Part shown: one piece after another, positions 1 through 8,427 of the stretch
How the letters are laid out: every line of letters begins with the position of its first letter
Position numbering within the stretch: the stretch's first letter is position 1
NCBI RefSeq assembly: GCF_016820655.1
Contig: NZ_WSFT01000037.1
Span: 1-24,000 of the forward strand
Direction of reading: 5' to 3'
Source of the DNA: Anaeromonas frigoriresistens
GTDB taxonomy: Bacteria; Bacillota; Clostridia; Tissierellales; SIT17
DNA: 24,000 bases
Notes under the pieces: model-generated
Seen by the model: only the letters and a program-made list of their open reading frames with translations
Database searches by the model: none
What the model was told of the DNA's origin: nothing
Position numbers and translations under genes: made by a program

Positions 1-62
1 TGTTCCACTATTAATACCTTACCTAAGGCTATGCCCGGAGAAGCACTAGTACCTGTAAACAT
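1..62 (-). CDS. ptsI: PTS enzyme I (PEP-protein phosphotransferase), first ~20 codons only; the gene runs off the left edge
   Basis: Too short for the ORF track. The reverse complement of 1-62 reads ATG TTT ACA GGT ... = MFTGTSASPGIALGKVLIVE, which matches the conserved EI N-terminus (ASPGIA.GK). A GAAAGGGG SD lies at 70-77, 7 nt upstream. The gene sits 14 nt after the HPr stop, in the classic ptsH-ptsI order. Confidence 0.7.
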   Translation of the reverse strand, partial: MFTGTSASPGIALGKVLIVE

Positions 63-76
63 ATAATTACCCCTTT

Positions 77-343
77 CTAAGCTTGATTGAAATTTGATTC
101 TATTAATTTTACTAATCCTTCAACTGCTTCTTTCTCATCGCTACCTTCAGCTATAATTGTAATTATATCTCCTTCAACTGCTCCCATGCTTAAGATTCCC
201 ATTATACTCTTAGCATTGTATTCTTTATCACCGTTTATTGCTTTAATTTCTGATTTATATTTAGAGGATTCACTAACAAAAAGACTGGCTGGTCTTGCAT
301 GTAATCCTGTTTTATTTGTTATTTTAACTTCACTTTTAATCAT
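77..343 (-). CDS. ptsH: Phosphocarrier protein HPr
   Basis: 88 aa. The His15 active-site motif TNKTGLHARPAS and the Ser46 regulatory motif NAKSIMGILSMG are both intact. SD AAGAGG lies upstream. Confidence 0.95.
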   Translation of the reverse strand: MIKSEVKITNKTGLHARPASLFVSESSKYKSEIKAINGDKEYNAKSIMGILSMGAVEGDIITIIAEGSDEKEAVEGLVKLIESNFNQA

Positions 344-367
344 ATCTTGATAACCTCTTTTCTTTTA

Positions 368-1102
368 TTAGTTTATATTTAGATATTCTGCTATTTCTTT
401 ATCTATTATTATTGTTACATTAGAATGTACTTGTAGTATAGATGCTGGTACATTTGTACTAACCTTACCATCTATTATTTTAGAGATAATCTCTTTTTTG
501 TTCTCTCCATTGGCCAATAAAAGTATCCTTTTTGATTTCATTATCGATGCTAATCCCATAGTAATTGCTTTCTTAGGTACTTCTTCTATAGAATCGAAGA
601 ATCTGCTGTTTGCTTTGATTGTATTTGTCTCTAAATCAACTAGGTGGGTACCAGTAGATAATTCTTCTCCAGGTTCATTAAATCCTATATGTCCATTGAC
701 TCCTATTCCTAATAGTTGAAGATCTATTCCACCCTTCTTTTCTATCAAGGCATCATAATCTTTACATTCTTTCTCTATATCTTCTGTTAATCCATTTGGA
801 ATATGAGTGTTGTTCATATTAATATTCACATTATTAAATAAATTCTTTTTCATGAAGTATGAATAACTTTGTTCATGAGTTGAATCTAATCCATAGTACT
901 CATCTAAATTAAATGTCTCAACTTTAGAAAAGTCTAAGTCTTCCTCTCTATGCAAATTCACTAGTTCCTTATAGGTACCTATAGGTGTACTCCCTGTAGC
1001 TAGACCTAGTATAGGATTAGATTTTGTTTTTATTTCTTGGGCAATTATATCAGCTGCCTTTTTACTTAATTCTTCATAATCTTTCGCTACTATTATTTTC
1101 AT
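368..1102 (-). CDS. nagB: Glucosamine-6-phosphate deaminase/isomerase
   Basis: 244 aa. MKIIV..LGLATGSTPIGTYKEL..FNLDEY..IGVNGHIGFNEPG are typical NagB motifs. SD GGAGGA lies 8 nt upstream. The start is 1 nt after the upstream gene's stop. Confidence 0.95.
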   Translation of the reverse strand: MKIIVAKDYEELSKKAADIIAQEIKTKSNPILGLATGSTPIGTYKELVNLHREEDLDFSKVETFNLDEYYGLDSTHEQSYSYFMKKNLFNNVNINMNNTHIPNGLTEDIEKECKDYDALIEKKGGIDLQLLGIGVNGHIGFNEPGEELSTGTHLVDLETNTIKANSRFFDSIEEVPKKAITMGLASIMKSKRILLLANGENKKEIISKIIDGKVSTNVPASILQVHSNVTIIIDKEIAEYLNIN

Positions 1103-1103
1103 G

Positions 1104-2318
1104 TTACTTATCCTCCACTAATAACCTATAGAAACTCTCACCATTTTCAGGGTTTGATACATTAAAATACTCAGCTACTGTAGCTGCTATATCTGATAGA
1201 GTCTCTCTCTCTCCGATATTAATATTATTTAACCCTTTGCCATATGCCAGTAGAAATGTTTTTTCTCTAGTATGTTGACTATGACCAATAGTAGGATCAT
1301 TCCCATGATCTGCACTTATAAAGAGAATATCTTCCTCAGTCATTTTTTCTAATATATTTCCTAGATATTTATCTGCAAGCATAATTTTATCCGCATATCC
1401 TTGAATATCTTCTGCATGGCCTCTCAAATCTGTTTCTTGAACGGTGGCTGAGATTAATCCTTCATTCATTTTATCTATATTTTCTATTATTTTTTTCATT
1501 ACTAGTTCAGTATCTACTGCCGGTATTTTTGTTGCTTTTTCACATTCTATTATATCTTGCATTTTACCTATTAAGGTAACTTCTCTATTTTCTTTAGTTA
1601 AAATACTTGAAATTTGTTTAGAAGGGTCTACCCCATATCCCATATGTCTAGCTTGATAATCTTTTTTATATACTCCTGATTTTGGTGAATTAACTCCAAC
1701 TAAACCATCATCTCGCTGTTCTATGCTATTAATGAGTTGCTCTGGACTAACTTCATGACCCCCTAAGGCTATTACCCTATTTACTTTTACATTTTTCCTT
1801 ACAACTTGTCCTATTTCCATAACTTTTTCAAAGGATATATAGTCTAATGGAGCACTTATATTGTATATCTGTCCATAATCAGTTTCTATATTATCTGCTA
1901 CTATAACTACTTTATTAACTAATAAATATTGTTTTTCTAGGTCAGGTATTTCTACTTCATAGCCTTCTTTTTCTAAAGCTTCTTTTACTTCATCTATACA
2001 ATCAACAAAGGGTTTCATCAAAGGTTTTTTAGGATCAGTACCCATTATTTCCTGATGCCCTGCGTAACTATCTGCTCCATAATGTTTAAGGTTTAGCTTA
2101 CCATAACTACCTTCATTCTCAACACTTTTTAGTCTCTCATGCTTTAAAATTTTATTTATACCTAACTTTTCTAAATTAGGTATCTCTATTTTATCAGCTT
2201 TATCTAATATATGTTGAAAGGTATTAGCTCCTTTATCTTGGGGTCTAGTCTCCACTACATCATCCATGTAGCCCACCCCTAAACTATCTAATATTAGTAC
2301 AATTGCTCTTTTTTTCAA
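1104..2318 (-). CDS. YhfW-like phosphopentomutase-family metalloenzyme (alkaline-phosphatase superfamily phosphomutase)
   Basis: 404 aa. The N-terminus KKRAIVLILDSLGVGYMDD and the motif SADHGNDPT(I)GHS are the DeoB/YhfW-type metal-binding motifs. The start codon is TTG (plus-strand caa at 2316-2318), preceded by AAGGCGGTGA. Confidence 0.85.
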   Translation of the reverse strand: MKKRAIVLILDSLGVGYMDDVVETRPQDKGANTFQHILDKADKIEIPNLEKLGINKILKHERLKSVENEGSYGKLNLKHYGADSYAGHQEIMGTDPKKPLMKPFVDCIDEVKEALEKEGYEVEIPDLEKQYLLVNKVVIVADNIETDYGQIYNISAPLDYISFEKVMEIGQVVRKNVKVNRVIALGGHEVSPEQLINSIEQRDDGLVGVNSPKSGVYKKDYQARHMGYGVDPSKQISSILTKENREVTLIGKMQDIIECEKATKIPAVDTELVMKKIIENIDKMNEGLISATVQETDLRGHAEDIQGYADKIMLADKYLGNILEKMTEEDILFISADHGNDPTIGHSQHTREKTFLLAYGKGLNNINIGERETLSDIAATVAEYFNVSNPENGESFYRLLVEDK

Positions 2319-2331
2319 TTAAATCACCGCC

Positions 2332-3507
2332 TTATCTAAGTTTATTTCCAAAACTGTCATAAACTCCAATAATTCTAGGTTCATCCTTTTGTATTCCTTC
2401 TACTAAGACAACTTCACTTCTTGTTACAAATATTTGTGTTCTAAAGGAATAGATTACAGTATCTCCTACTGATGCTTTTTTCTCTCCTATTTTTAAAGTC
2501 CCATAATAATCTATAGATTCTGGAGATACTTCTTCCGCTTCTAGTATATTTTCTTTCATAGCTTTAAAGTCTGTACCAACCATTGCTTTTTTTAATCTAG
2601 ATCTTCTATAAAATCCTCCCCCATATACATAGGCTTTATCTTCAAAACAATGGGATATCTCACTTAAATAAATCATAGCCGGTATCTCTTCTAACACATT
2701 ATTCCCATGAAGAGGAGTGGTTCCTGTTAGGGCGTGACCTGGTTCTCCATGGGTTCCCCCTATTTCTTTGAGTAATGGTAAAGATGCTATAGTGTTAGCA
2801 CTAGGAGTATTTATCTGCTTTATATCTATATCCAATTCTTCACTTAGTTTATTTGCACACCTTATTGCTGTATTTGCATTTTCTGTAGGTTGAATTTGAT
2901 TTTCATTACAGGTATATAAAAAGCATGGGAAGGCTGTAACTCCTACTATATTTACACCTTGTAGCATTTTTATTTCTTTTGCCTTTTTTATTAATTCTTC
3001 TTCTTTAAATCCTCCAACTTGACCTTCATAAATCATATCCTTAGATCCTACTACTTTTAGTAGTATATCCTGTTTCATTCCTAAATTTATAGCTTCTTCT
3101 GATATCTCTTTTGCTTTTTCTACAGTAAAGACAGTAATAACTTCTGGTTTATAAAATAATATTTGTTTAATCATATTAGTAGGTATTTGAACTAAATGTC
3201 CAACATTTCCTAATTTTATCCCAGCTTCAGCTAATCTTATTGCTTCCCAAGGGTCCACTGCCACAGCTTTTTCTATACCACTTTCAGCAATCACTTTAGC
3301 TACTTCAGGGTTCCTTCCTATCTGTTTTGTCATCATATATAATTTTATATTTAATTCTTCAGCTTTCTTTGCAAGTTTTGTAGCATTAGATCTTATAGCA
3401 TCTATATCTAGGATGTATGAATTAGGCTTTATGTCTCCATTTCTATGAAAATCAATTGCGCTTTTTATCAGTCCTTCATTTCTTTTTATCGTCATATCTA
3501 GAAACAT
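2332..3507 (-). CDS. YhfX-like PLP enzyme (alanine-racemase N-terminal, fold-type III; putative amino-acid racemase/lyase)
   Basis: 391 aa. Candidate PLP-lysine context LYMMTKQIGRNP, with a TIM-barrel-like N-terminal part and a beta C-terminal part. The start abuts the upstream stop (3508). SD AAGGAAGGTGAG. Confidence 0.75.
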   Translation of the reverse strand: MFLDMTIKRNEGLIKSAIDFHRNGDIKPNSYILDIDAIRSNATKLAKKAEELNIKLYMMTKQIGRNPEVAKVIAESGIEKAVAVDPWEAIRLAEAGIKLGNVGHLVQIPTNMIKQILFYKPEVITVFTVEKAKEISEEAINLGMKQDILLKVVGSKDMIYEGQVGGFKEEELIKKAKEIKMLQGVNIVGVTAFPCFLYTCNENQIQPTENANTAIRCANKLSEELDIDIKQINTPSANTIASLPLLKEIGGTHGEPGHALTGTTPLHGNNVLEEIPAMIYLSEISHCFEDKAYVYGGGFYRRSRLKKAMVGTDFKAMKENILEAEEVSPESIDYYGTLKIGEKKASVGDTVIYSFRTQIFVTRSEVVLVEGIQKDEPRIIGVYDSFGNKLR

Positions 3508-4614
3508 TTATTTCTCACCTTCCTTTAAAACCCTTTTTATAGATTCTTCTAATACTCGAAGAACTGTATTTGAACCTGATCTCATCGGATTTATACGTAT
3601 CATATAATCCTCCAATTTAGGATCCGATTTTAGGAAGGTACCTGAAACTCTATAAAACATAGCCGTCACTTCATATCTTGATTCAGCTCCTATTGGGTAA
3701 GGTGCCGCACCTAATTTTGTACTGTTTTCTAGAACTTTTTTAGCTATAGGCTCCTCAAATTCTACTAATATTACTCTAGATTGAGCATTTGCTATAAATG
3801 CTGATTTAACCCCTTCTACTCTTCCAGCATTTAATATTTCTATTACTTTATTAATTTCCTGAGCTTGTATTGCTAAAGATACAGGAGCATATACTAGGGA
3901 TCTTAAGGCATCCATAGCTTCATGACCTTGAACTTGGCTACCTCCTGAATAGTTAATTCTTCGTATTTCTTCTATTATATTTTTCTTTCCCACTACACAG
4001 CCTACTCCTTGAGGTCCTAATAGTTTAAATAAAGAAAAAGCGCTGACATCTGCTCCTAACTCTATTCCTATTTTTTCAGCTTTCATTACAACATAATTAT
4101 CATCTATTAATATAGTAATACCCTTATTTACATCTTTAATTTTTTTTATAACTACTTCTAAATCATATTTATCATCTAACTTTTGTCTTGAGTGTTGTAT
4201 AAGTGCAAAATCTACAGCTTTAAATTTTTCTTTATCTTCCTCTAAAATATTGTTAAAGTCTACCTTCAGAGTTTCCAATCCCATAGATTCTACTATAATC
4301 TTTGTTGTTGGATATATAGGAGCATCATGGATTAATATTTTTTGTGTAGGTTTTAGAACTGAATTCATAACATTTCTTATGGCTCCTGTGCCTGACCCTC
4401 GAACTAGGACAGCATCTTCTGCTCCAAAAAATTGAGCTAGAACATTTTCCACTTTTCGAGTATATTTAGGTTGACCTATTCCTGGTACTACTCCTAGGTC
4501 TCCTCCTTGAAAAAATTCATTCCCATCAAAATTTTGATGGATTATATCAACTAATTTAAATTGCATTTCTTTTGCTTTTTCTATATCTACAGTCCTTATA
4601 GGATATGCTTTCAT
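3508..4614 (-). CDS. YhfS-like PLP-dependent enzyme (fold-type I, aminotransferase/SelA-like)
   Basis: 368 aa. Glycine-rich loop RGSGTGAI, aspartate ILIDDNY, and candidate Schiff-base lysine in SAFSLFKLLGPQG. SD TAGGAGG. Confidence 0.75.
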   Translation of the reverse strand: MKAYPIRTVDIEKAKEMQFKLVDIIHQNFDGNEFFQGGDLGVVPGIGQPKYTRKVENVLAQFFGAEDAVLVRGSGTGAIRNVMNSVLKPTQKILIHDAPIYPTTKIIVESMGLETLKVDFNNILEEDKEKFKAVDFALIQHSRQKLDDKYDLEVVIKKIKDVNKGITILIDDNYVVMKAEKIGIELGADVSAFSLFKLLGPQGVGCVVGKKNIIEEIRRINYSGGSQVQGHEAMDALRSLVYAPVSLAIQAQEINKVIEILNAGRVEGVKSAFIANAQSRVILVEFEEPIAKKVLENSTKLGAAPYPIGAESRYEVTAMFYRVSGTFLKSDPKLEDYMIRINPMRSGSNTVLRVLEESIKRVLKEGEK

Positions 4615-4625
4615 ATATAAACCTC

Positions 4626-5534
4626 CTATATATCTAATAAGTTTTTTGGATTTTGTTTTAACATAGTATCAATTTCTTCTTTACTTACTCCTGCTTTTAA
4701 AAGTTTCGGAATAAAATTATCTAATAAATAACTATATCCAATTCCTCCATTGACAGCTAAGTGAGATTTCCTAGTTATGTCTTGAGATAATACTATTTGA
4801 TTTAAATGTCCTCTATTTATTAACTCTTTAATATGTTTCACCCTATTTTCATCAGATTGATAATTAGATTTACCAATGGTATCAAAGGCCAAGTAACATC
4901 CATTATCAGCAATTCTTAGATGATAATCTAAATCACAATTTAAGTCTAAATGACCGATTACCACTTTATTAAGATCAATATTATTTTCTTTCATAAATTT
5001 TATTTGCTCTAATGCATAGGTCCCTAATGTTGTATGGGTTGAAAATGGTCTTCCTGTTTCAATGTGTGCCCTTGCTGCTACTTTAAATACCTTGTGTTCC
5101 ATCGGTGTCATAGTATCTTTACTAGTACCAATTTCTCCTATTACATGAGCTTTTGCATTAGTCCCATCTATTCCTTCTAATATATCTTTAATCAATAATT
5201 TACTTAGCTCTTTCTTTTCCATTTCATATACGTAAGATGGTAAAAATGGTTCCTTGTAAAATCCAGTGCTAGCTACTACATGAATTCCCGCCTCATTAGA
5301 TATTTTTTTCATTACTTCTATGTTTCTACCCATACCTCTATTTGTAACTTCTACAAGAGTATCTATACCTTTTTCCTTTATTAATTTCATTTCTTTAATC
5401 AAAGATTCTATATCATCAAATCTCGTATCTAAATCTTTCTTTTGTGATGATAAATCTATACTTAAATGTTCATGTATATAGGTGTTTCCTAAGTCATCTT
5501 TATTAATTATTCCATTAATAGTTGCTATACTCAT
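4626..5534 (-). CDS. php: Phosphotriesterase homology protein (amidohydrolase superfamily, Php/YhfV type)
   Basis: 302 aa. HxH motif TYIHEHLSIDL, bridging-Glu context VIGEIGTS (as in E. coli Php rather than a carbamylated Lys), and later His/Asp ligands STHTT, IGHLD, LSQD. SD AGGAGGG. Confidence 0.9.
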   Translation of the reverse strand: MSIATINGIINKDDLGNTYIHEHLSIDLSSQKKDLDTRFDDIESLIKEMKLIKEKGIDTLVEVTNRGMGRNIEVMKKISNEAGIHVVASTGFYKEPFLPSYVYEMEKKELSKLLIKDILEGIDGTNAKAHVIGEIGTSKDTMTPMEHKVFKVAARAHIETGRPFSTHTTLGTYALEQIKFMKENNIDLNKVVIGHLDLNCDLDYHLRIADNGCYLAFDTIGKSNYQSDENRVKHIKELINRGHLNQIVLSQDITRKSHLAVNGGIGYSYLLDNFIPKLLKAGVSKEEIDTMLKQNPKNLLDI

Positions 5535-5555
5535 ATTATTCCCTCCTAATTTAGT

Positions 5556-6674
5556 CTAAATAAAGCCCTTATTCTTTTTCTTATATCCTTCTATAAAATA
5601 TCTGCTATATAATTCTGGAACAGAATACAGTTTTCTTATCATATCACCTAATTTTATAGCTGATTTCCCACTTTCTAGTCCCTTCTTTGCAATAATTAAT
5701 ACTCCTATCCCTAATTCCCTAGTGGGAATAGTTACAGCAGTAGCATCAATCATATTAGCTACTTTTAATAGATATTTTCCAGACTCATTCTGTATATTAG
5801 AGCCAACCTTCCCCCATGTACCTAACACTGAATCTCCTAAACCATATATATCTATCGGTCCTTCCATTGTGATGATAATATCTATATCTTCTTTAAATAT
5901 TTCCTCACAAAAAGGAATCGCCTCAAGTCTACTTTCTATCTTATTAAAATCTTTTTCAATTATTTCTACAGAATCTTTAATCCCATCTATAACTCCATTT
6001 AAAGATTCCCTCATGTCTATTCCATTTGGTAATAAAATAGATTCTTTTTTAGGGATAACAATTTTTATTTTTTCATTTTTGTTTTCATCAATACTTACAT
6101 TTTTTTTAGTTATAAGAGTTTCTATTGCTGATTTACATATATCATAACTATGAGATATAACTCCAATCCCTGGAGTGAACTTTATATTATCAGTTGATGC
6201 TTTAATACTAGTTCCTTTAAGCCCCATTCCCTTAGCCATTATCGAAAATAAACCAGTACTAATTGCAGGAGCTAAAACTGATCCGCCCCCATCTGTTCCT
6301 ATTGCCAAATCATTTATTCCTTTTAGTATGTTAACGCATCCTCCACTGGATGAACCTGTCATTACTCTGCCAGTTAATGGATTTATTAAGTCTATATCTA
6401 TAGCCCTACCTCTTTCGGACATCTTATCTATAGTATGAAATAAATAACCATTATTTTCTTTTAATCTTTCTACCAGTTTTTTATCTATTTCTTCTGTATT
6501 CTTAACACCAAATAATACTAAAGAACTATCCGGATTTTCTTCCAGAGTAATAACAGCTTCTTCCAATATTTCTTTTCTACAATATACTACACTACCTTCT
6601 TCTTCCTTAGCCTTTAAGACTGCTTTACTTACTTTATTCATTTGCATTAGTATATTTTTCTGTGTTGAATCCAT
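5556..6674 (-). CDS. Divergent, short amidase-signature (AS) family protein
   Basis: 372 aa. AS core MTGSSSGGCVNILKGINDLAIGTDGGGSVLAPA corresponds to canonical GGSSGG...GTD.GGS(I/V)R.PA, so the cis-Ser and the nucleophile Ser are retained. Candidate Lys in VLFGVKNT. SD AAAGGAG. Confidence 0.6.
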   Translation of the reverse strand: MDSTQKNILMQMNKVSKAVLKAKEEEGSVVYCRKEILEEAVITLEENPDSSLVLFGVKNTEEIDKKLVERLKENNGYLFHTIDKMSERGRAIDIDLINPLTGRVMTGSSSGGCVNILKGINDLAIGTDGGGSVLAPAISTGLFSIMAKGMGLKGTSIKASTDNIKFTPGIGVISHSYDICKSAIETLITKKNVSIDENKNEKIKIVIPKKESILLPNGIDMRESLNGVIDGIKDSVEIIEKDFNKIESRLEAIPFCEEIFKEDIDIIITMEGPIDIYGLGDSVLGTWGKVGSNIQNESGKYLLKVANMIDATAVTIPTRELGIGVLIIAKKGLESGKSAIKLGDMIRKLYSVPELYSRYFIEGYKKKNKGFI

Positions 6675-6692
6675 ATTAAAACTCCTTTTTTT

Positions 6693-6726
6693 CTAATAAA
6701 GTCAAGGTTTCCCTTGACTTTATTAG
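6693..6726 (-). promoter_or_regulatory. Intra-operon perfect stem-loop (15-bp stem, GAAA loop on the mRNA strand) between yhfT-like and the amidase gene
   Basis: CTAATAAAGTCAAGG-TTTC-CCTTGACTTTATTAG on the plus strand. On the minus-strand transcript the loop is GAAA, followed by AGAAAAAAAGGAG (no U-tract). It sits in the only large gap (70 nt) of the operon. Confidence 0.5.
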
Positions 6727-6744
6727 GTTCATTACTATATTTTT

Positions 6745-8025
6745 TTATGCTGGAGGTGTAAATAATCCTATTACTGAAAGAATGTTAACTAATATTCCTA
6801 CTATTATTGCAGATATTGGTCCTACTGCCATTTTAACTACTGGTTTACCTGCTATTTCATTTAATATATAAAGACCTATAACAATAAAGAACCCTATACC
6901 AGGAGCAATCGCATTAGCAGCATTCATACCCCCTACTAATAGTGCTATTTCTAGAAGTTTTGACATTGCAGTACGGATATTATCGCCAGACTTTCTTACT
7001 CCAGGGAATTTATCTAAAAGCTTTGAAATTTTATCTAGGAATAATACTTCTCCACCTATAACAAGAGCACCAGCAATAGCTGCTACGATAGGATTCGCGA
7101 TAAATAAACCTATTGCGAATACAAATGTCATTCCTACAGGGGCATATACTCCAGTTGCTATAGCAGTTGATGCTATTAAAGGTATAAATCCTATACCTCT
7201 TGCTAAAGCTGCAAAACCAGCGTCAATTGCTTTTCCATCTTTTAATAAGTTAAGAGATATTGGGTCTCCTGCCATAAGATCCATAGCAGTAGCTGCTGCC
7301 ACAAGACCACCCATAACCATTAAGTATGGTACATTTTTCTTGATTCTCTTTACTCTCTCTCCAAATACAGACACTAAGTCCACAGCTTCTTCATCTGATT
7401 TTTCTCTTACTGCAAAAATAATTAATATAATCATACCTACAATTAGAGCAGAACCTTCTGGATTAATATTTATTGAAACTGCTCCTATAGCTAATGGACT
7501 TACTACTATGGCTAATTGTCTTGCTAATACTGAAAATCCTAAATTTATTAAACCTTTTTTAGCTCCATACTGATATCCAGTAGCAAGAGCTGGGAATGCT
7601 GCAAAGGCTATTACTATTGGAGCTCCTACTTCCCCTAAACTTCCCATGAAGTTAACAGGTAGTAATTCGAAAGCTTTTACTATACTTTCTAATCCAAGTA
7701 ATATTCCTGCACCATATAAAGCACCTATTATCCCAGAGATTACTAGTCCTTTTTTGCCATCTGGTGAAGATGTACCAATTATATCTGTACCTAATAATAT
7801 TGAATGTATCAGAATAATACTTGCTGTTAATGAAAATGGGATACCAAACCCTATAACTAATCCAAAACTCATTGCAAAAGAAGTAGCTGCAAGTTCTTTT
7901 CTACTCATTCTTCCCTCGATATGTTCTGGCATTATAGGTCTTAACCCGTCATTAAATACTGCTATACCTTTATTGGCCATAATAGAAGCTAAGGCTCCAA
8001 TTAAAGCTATTAATATGATATTCAT
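6745..8025 (-). CDS. YhfT-like polytopic membrane protein (putative transporter)
   Basis: 426 aa. Almost entirely hydrophobic and Gly/Ala/Ile-rich, with about 10-12 spans by eye. It sits next to a DUF2620 gene, as in the E. coli yhfU-yhfT pair. SD AAGGGGGAAG. Confidence 0.8.
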   Translation of the reverse strand: MNIILIALIGALASIMANKGIAVFNDGLRPIMPEHIEGRMSRKELAATSFAMSFGLVIGFGIPFSLTASIILIHSILLGTDIIGTSSPDGKKGLVISGIIGALYGAGILLGLESIVKAFELLPVNFMGSLGEVGAPIVIAFAAFPALATGYQYGAKKGLINLGFSVLARQLAIVVSPLAIGAVSININPEGSALIVGMIILIIFAVREKSDEEAVDLVSVFGERVKRIKKNVPYLMVMGGLVAAATAMDLMAGDPISLNLLKDGKAIDAGFAALARGIGFIPLIASTAIATGVYAPVGMTFVFAIGLFIANPIVAAIAGALVIGGEVLFLDKISKLLDKFPGVRKSGDNIRTAMSKLLEIALLVGGMNAANAIAPGIGFFIVIGLYILNEIAGKPVVKMAVGPISAIIVGILVNILSVIGLFTPPA

Positions 8026-8047
8026 TGTCTTCCCCCTTAATTATTAT

Positions 8048-8410
8048 TTATTTTTTTAAAATTTCATTTACAATAATAGGAACTGCTTTTTCGTAATGAT
8101 CACCAGTAAATCCAAATGCTACTTTTCCTTCTGATACTGCCTTAACTATTTCTTCTTCTTTAGGTTGCTTACCTGGCATAGATACTGTTGCACATTTATC
8201 TCTAGTTAATAAAGCTATGGCCATACTTAATGCTCCACCACCACCAGTGTGACAAGCTCCTAAATAATAATCAGCCTTTCCTGTCTTAACAGCATTAGCA
8301 GCTTGTATATCAGATTTTACTACTACTTCTACCTTTTCACCCCCTAATTCTTTTACTAAATCAGCTATACTCTGTTTTTCTACTTGTCCACCAACTACAA
8401 ATTTAATCAT
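8048..8410 (-). CDS. YhfU-like small soluble protein (DUF2620)
   Basis: 120 aa. Beta-alpha N-terminus MIKFVVGGQ. Cys-His in a glycine-rich loop, YYLGACHTGGGGALSMAIAL. SD GAGGAGG. Confidence 0.75.
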   Translation of the reverse strand: MIKFVVGGQVEKQSIADLVKELGGEKVEVVVKSDIQAANAVKTGKADYYLGACHTGGGGALSMAIALLTRDKCATVSMPGKQPKEEEIVKAVSEGKVAFGFTGDHYEKAVPIIVNEILKK

Positions 8411-8427
8411 TTATATTCCTCCTCTTT

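Noticed and set aside
87-350. 87-aa plus-strand ORF antisense to ptsH
   Set aside because: It lies wholly inside, and antisense to, a gene with unmistakable HPr motifs. Its composition (Ile/Leu/Ser/Phe-rich) is the typical shadow of an AT-rich coding strand, and it has no SD.
498-4435. Short plus-strand ORFs 498-719, 1444-1656 and 4250-4435
   Set aside because: They are antisense to well-supported nagB, yhfW-like and yhfS-like genes, and they lack SD sequences.
5722-6438. 141-aa and 87-aa plus-strand ORFs antisense to the amidase-like gene
   Set aside because: Both are low-complexity I/S/F/L-rich shadow ORFs. They have no SD and no recognisable motifs, and the opposite strand carries the AS-family core motif.
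7340-8059. 77-aa and 137-aa plus-strand ORFs antisense to the yhfT-like gene
   Set aside because: They are mirror images of a Gly/Ala/Ile-rich membrane gene, which yields long open antisense frames. There is no independent support.
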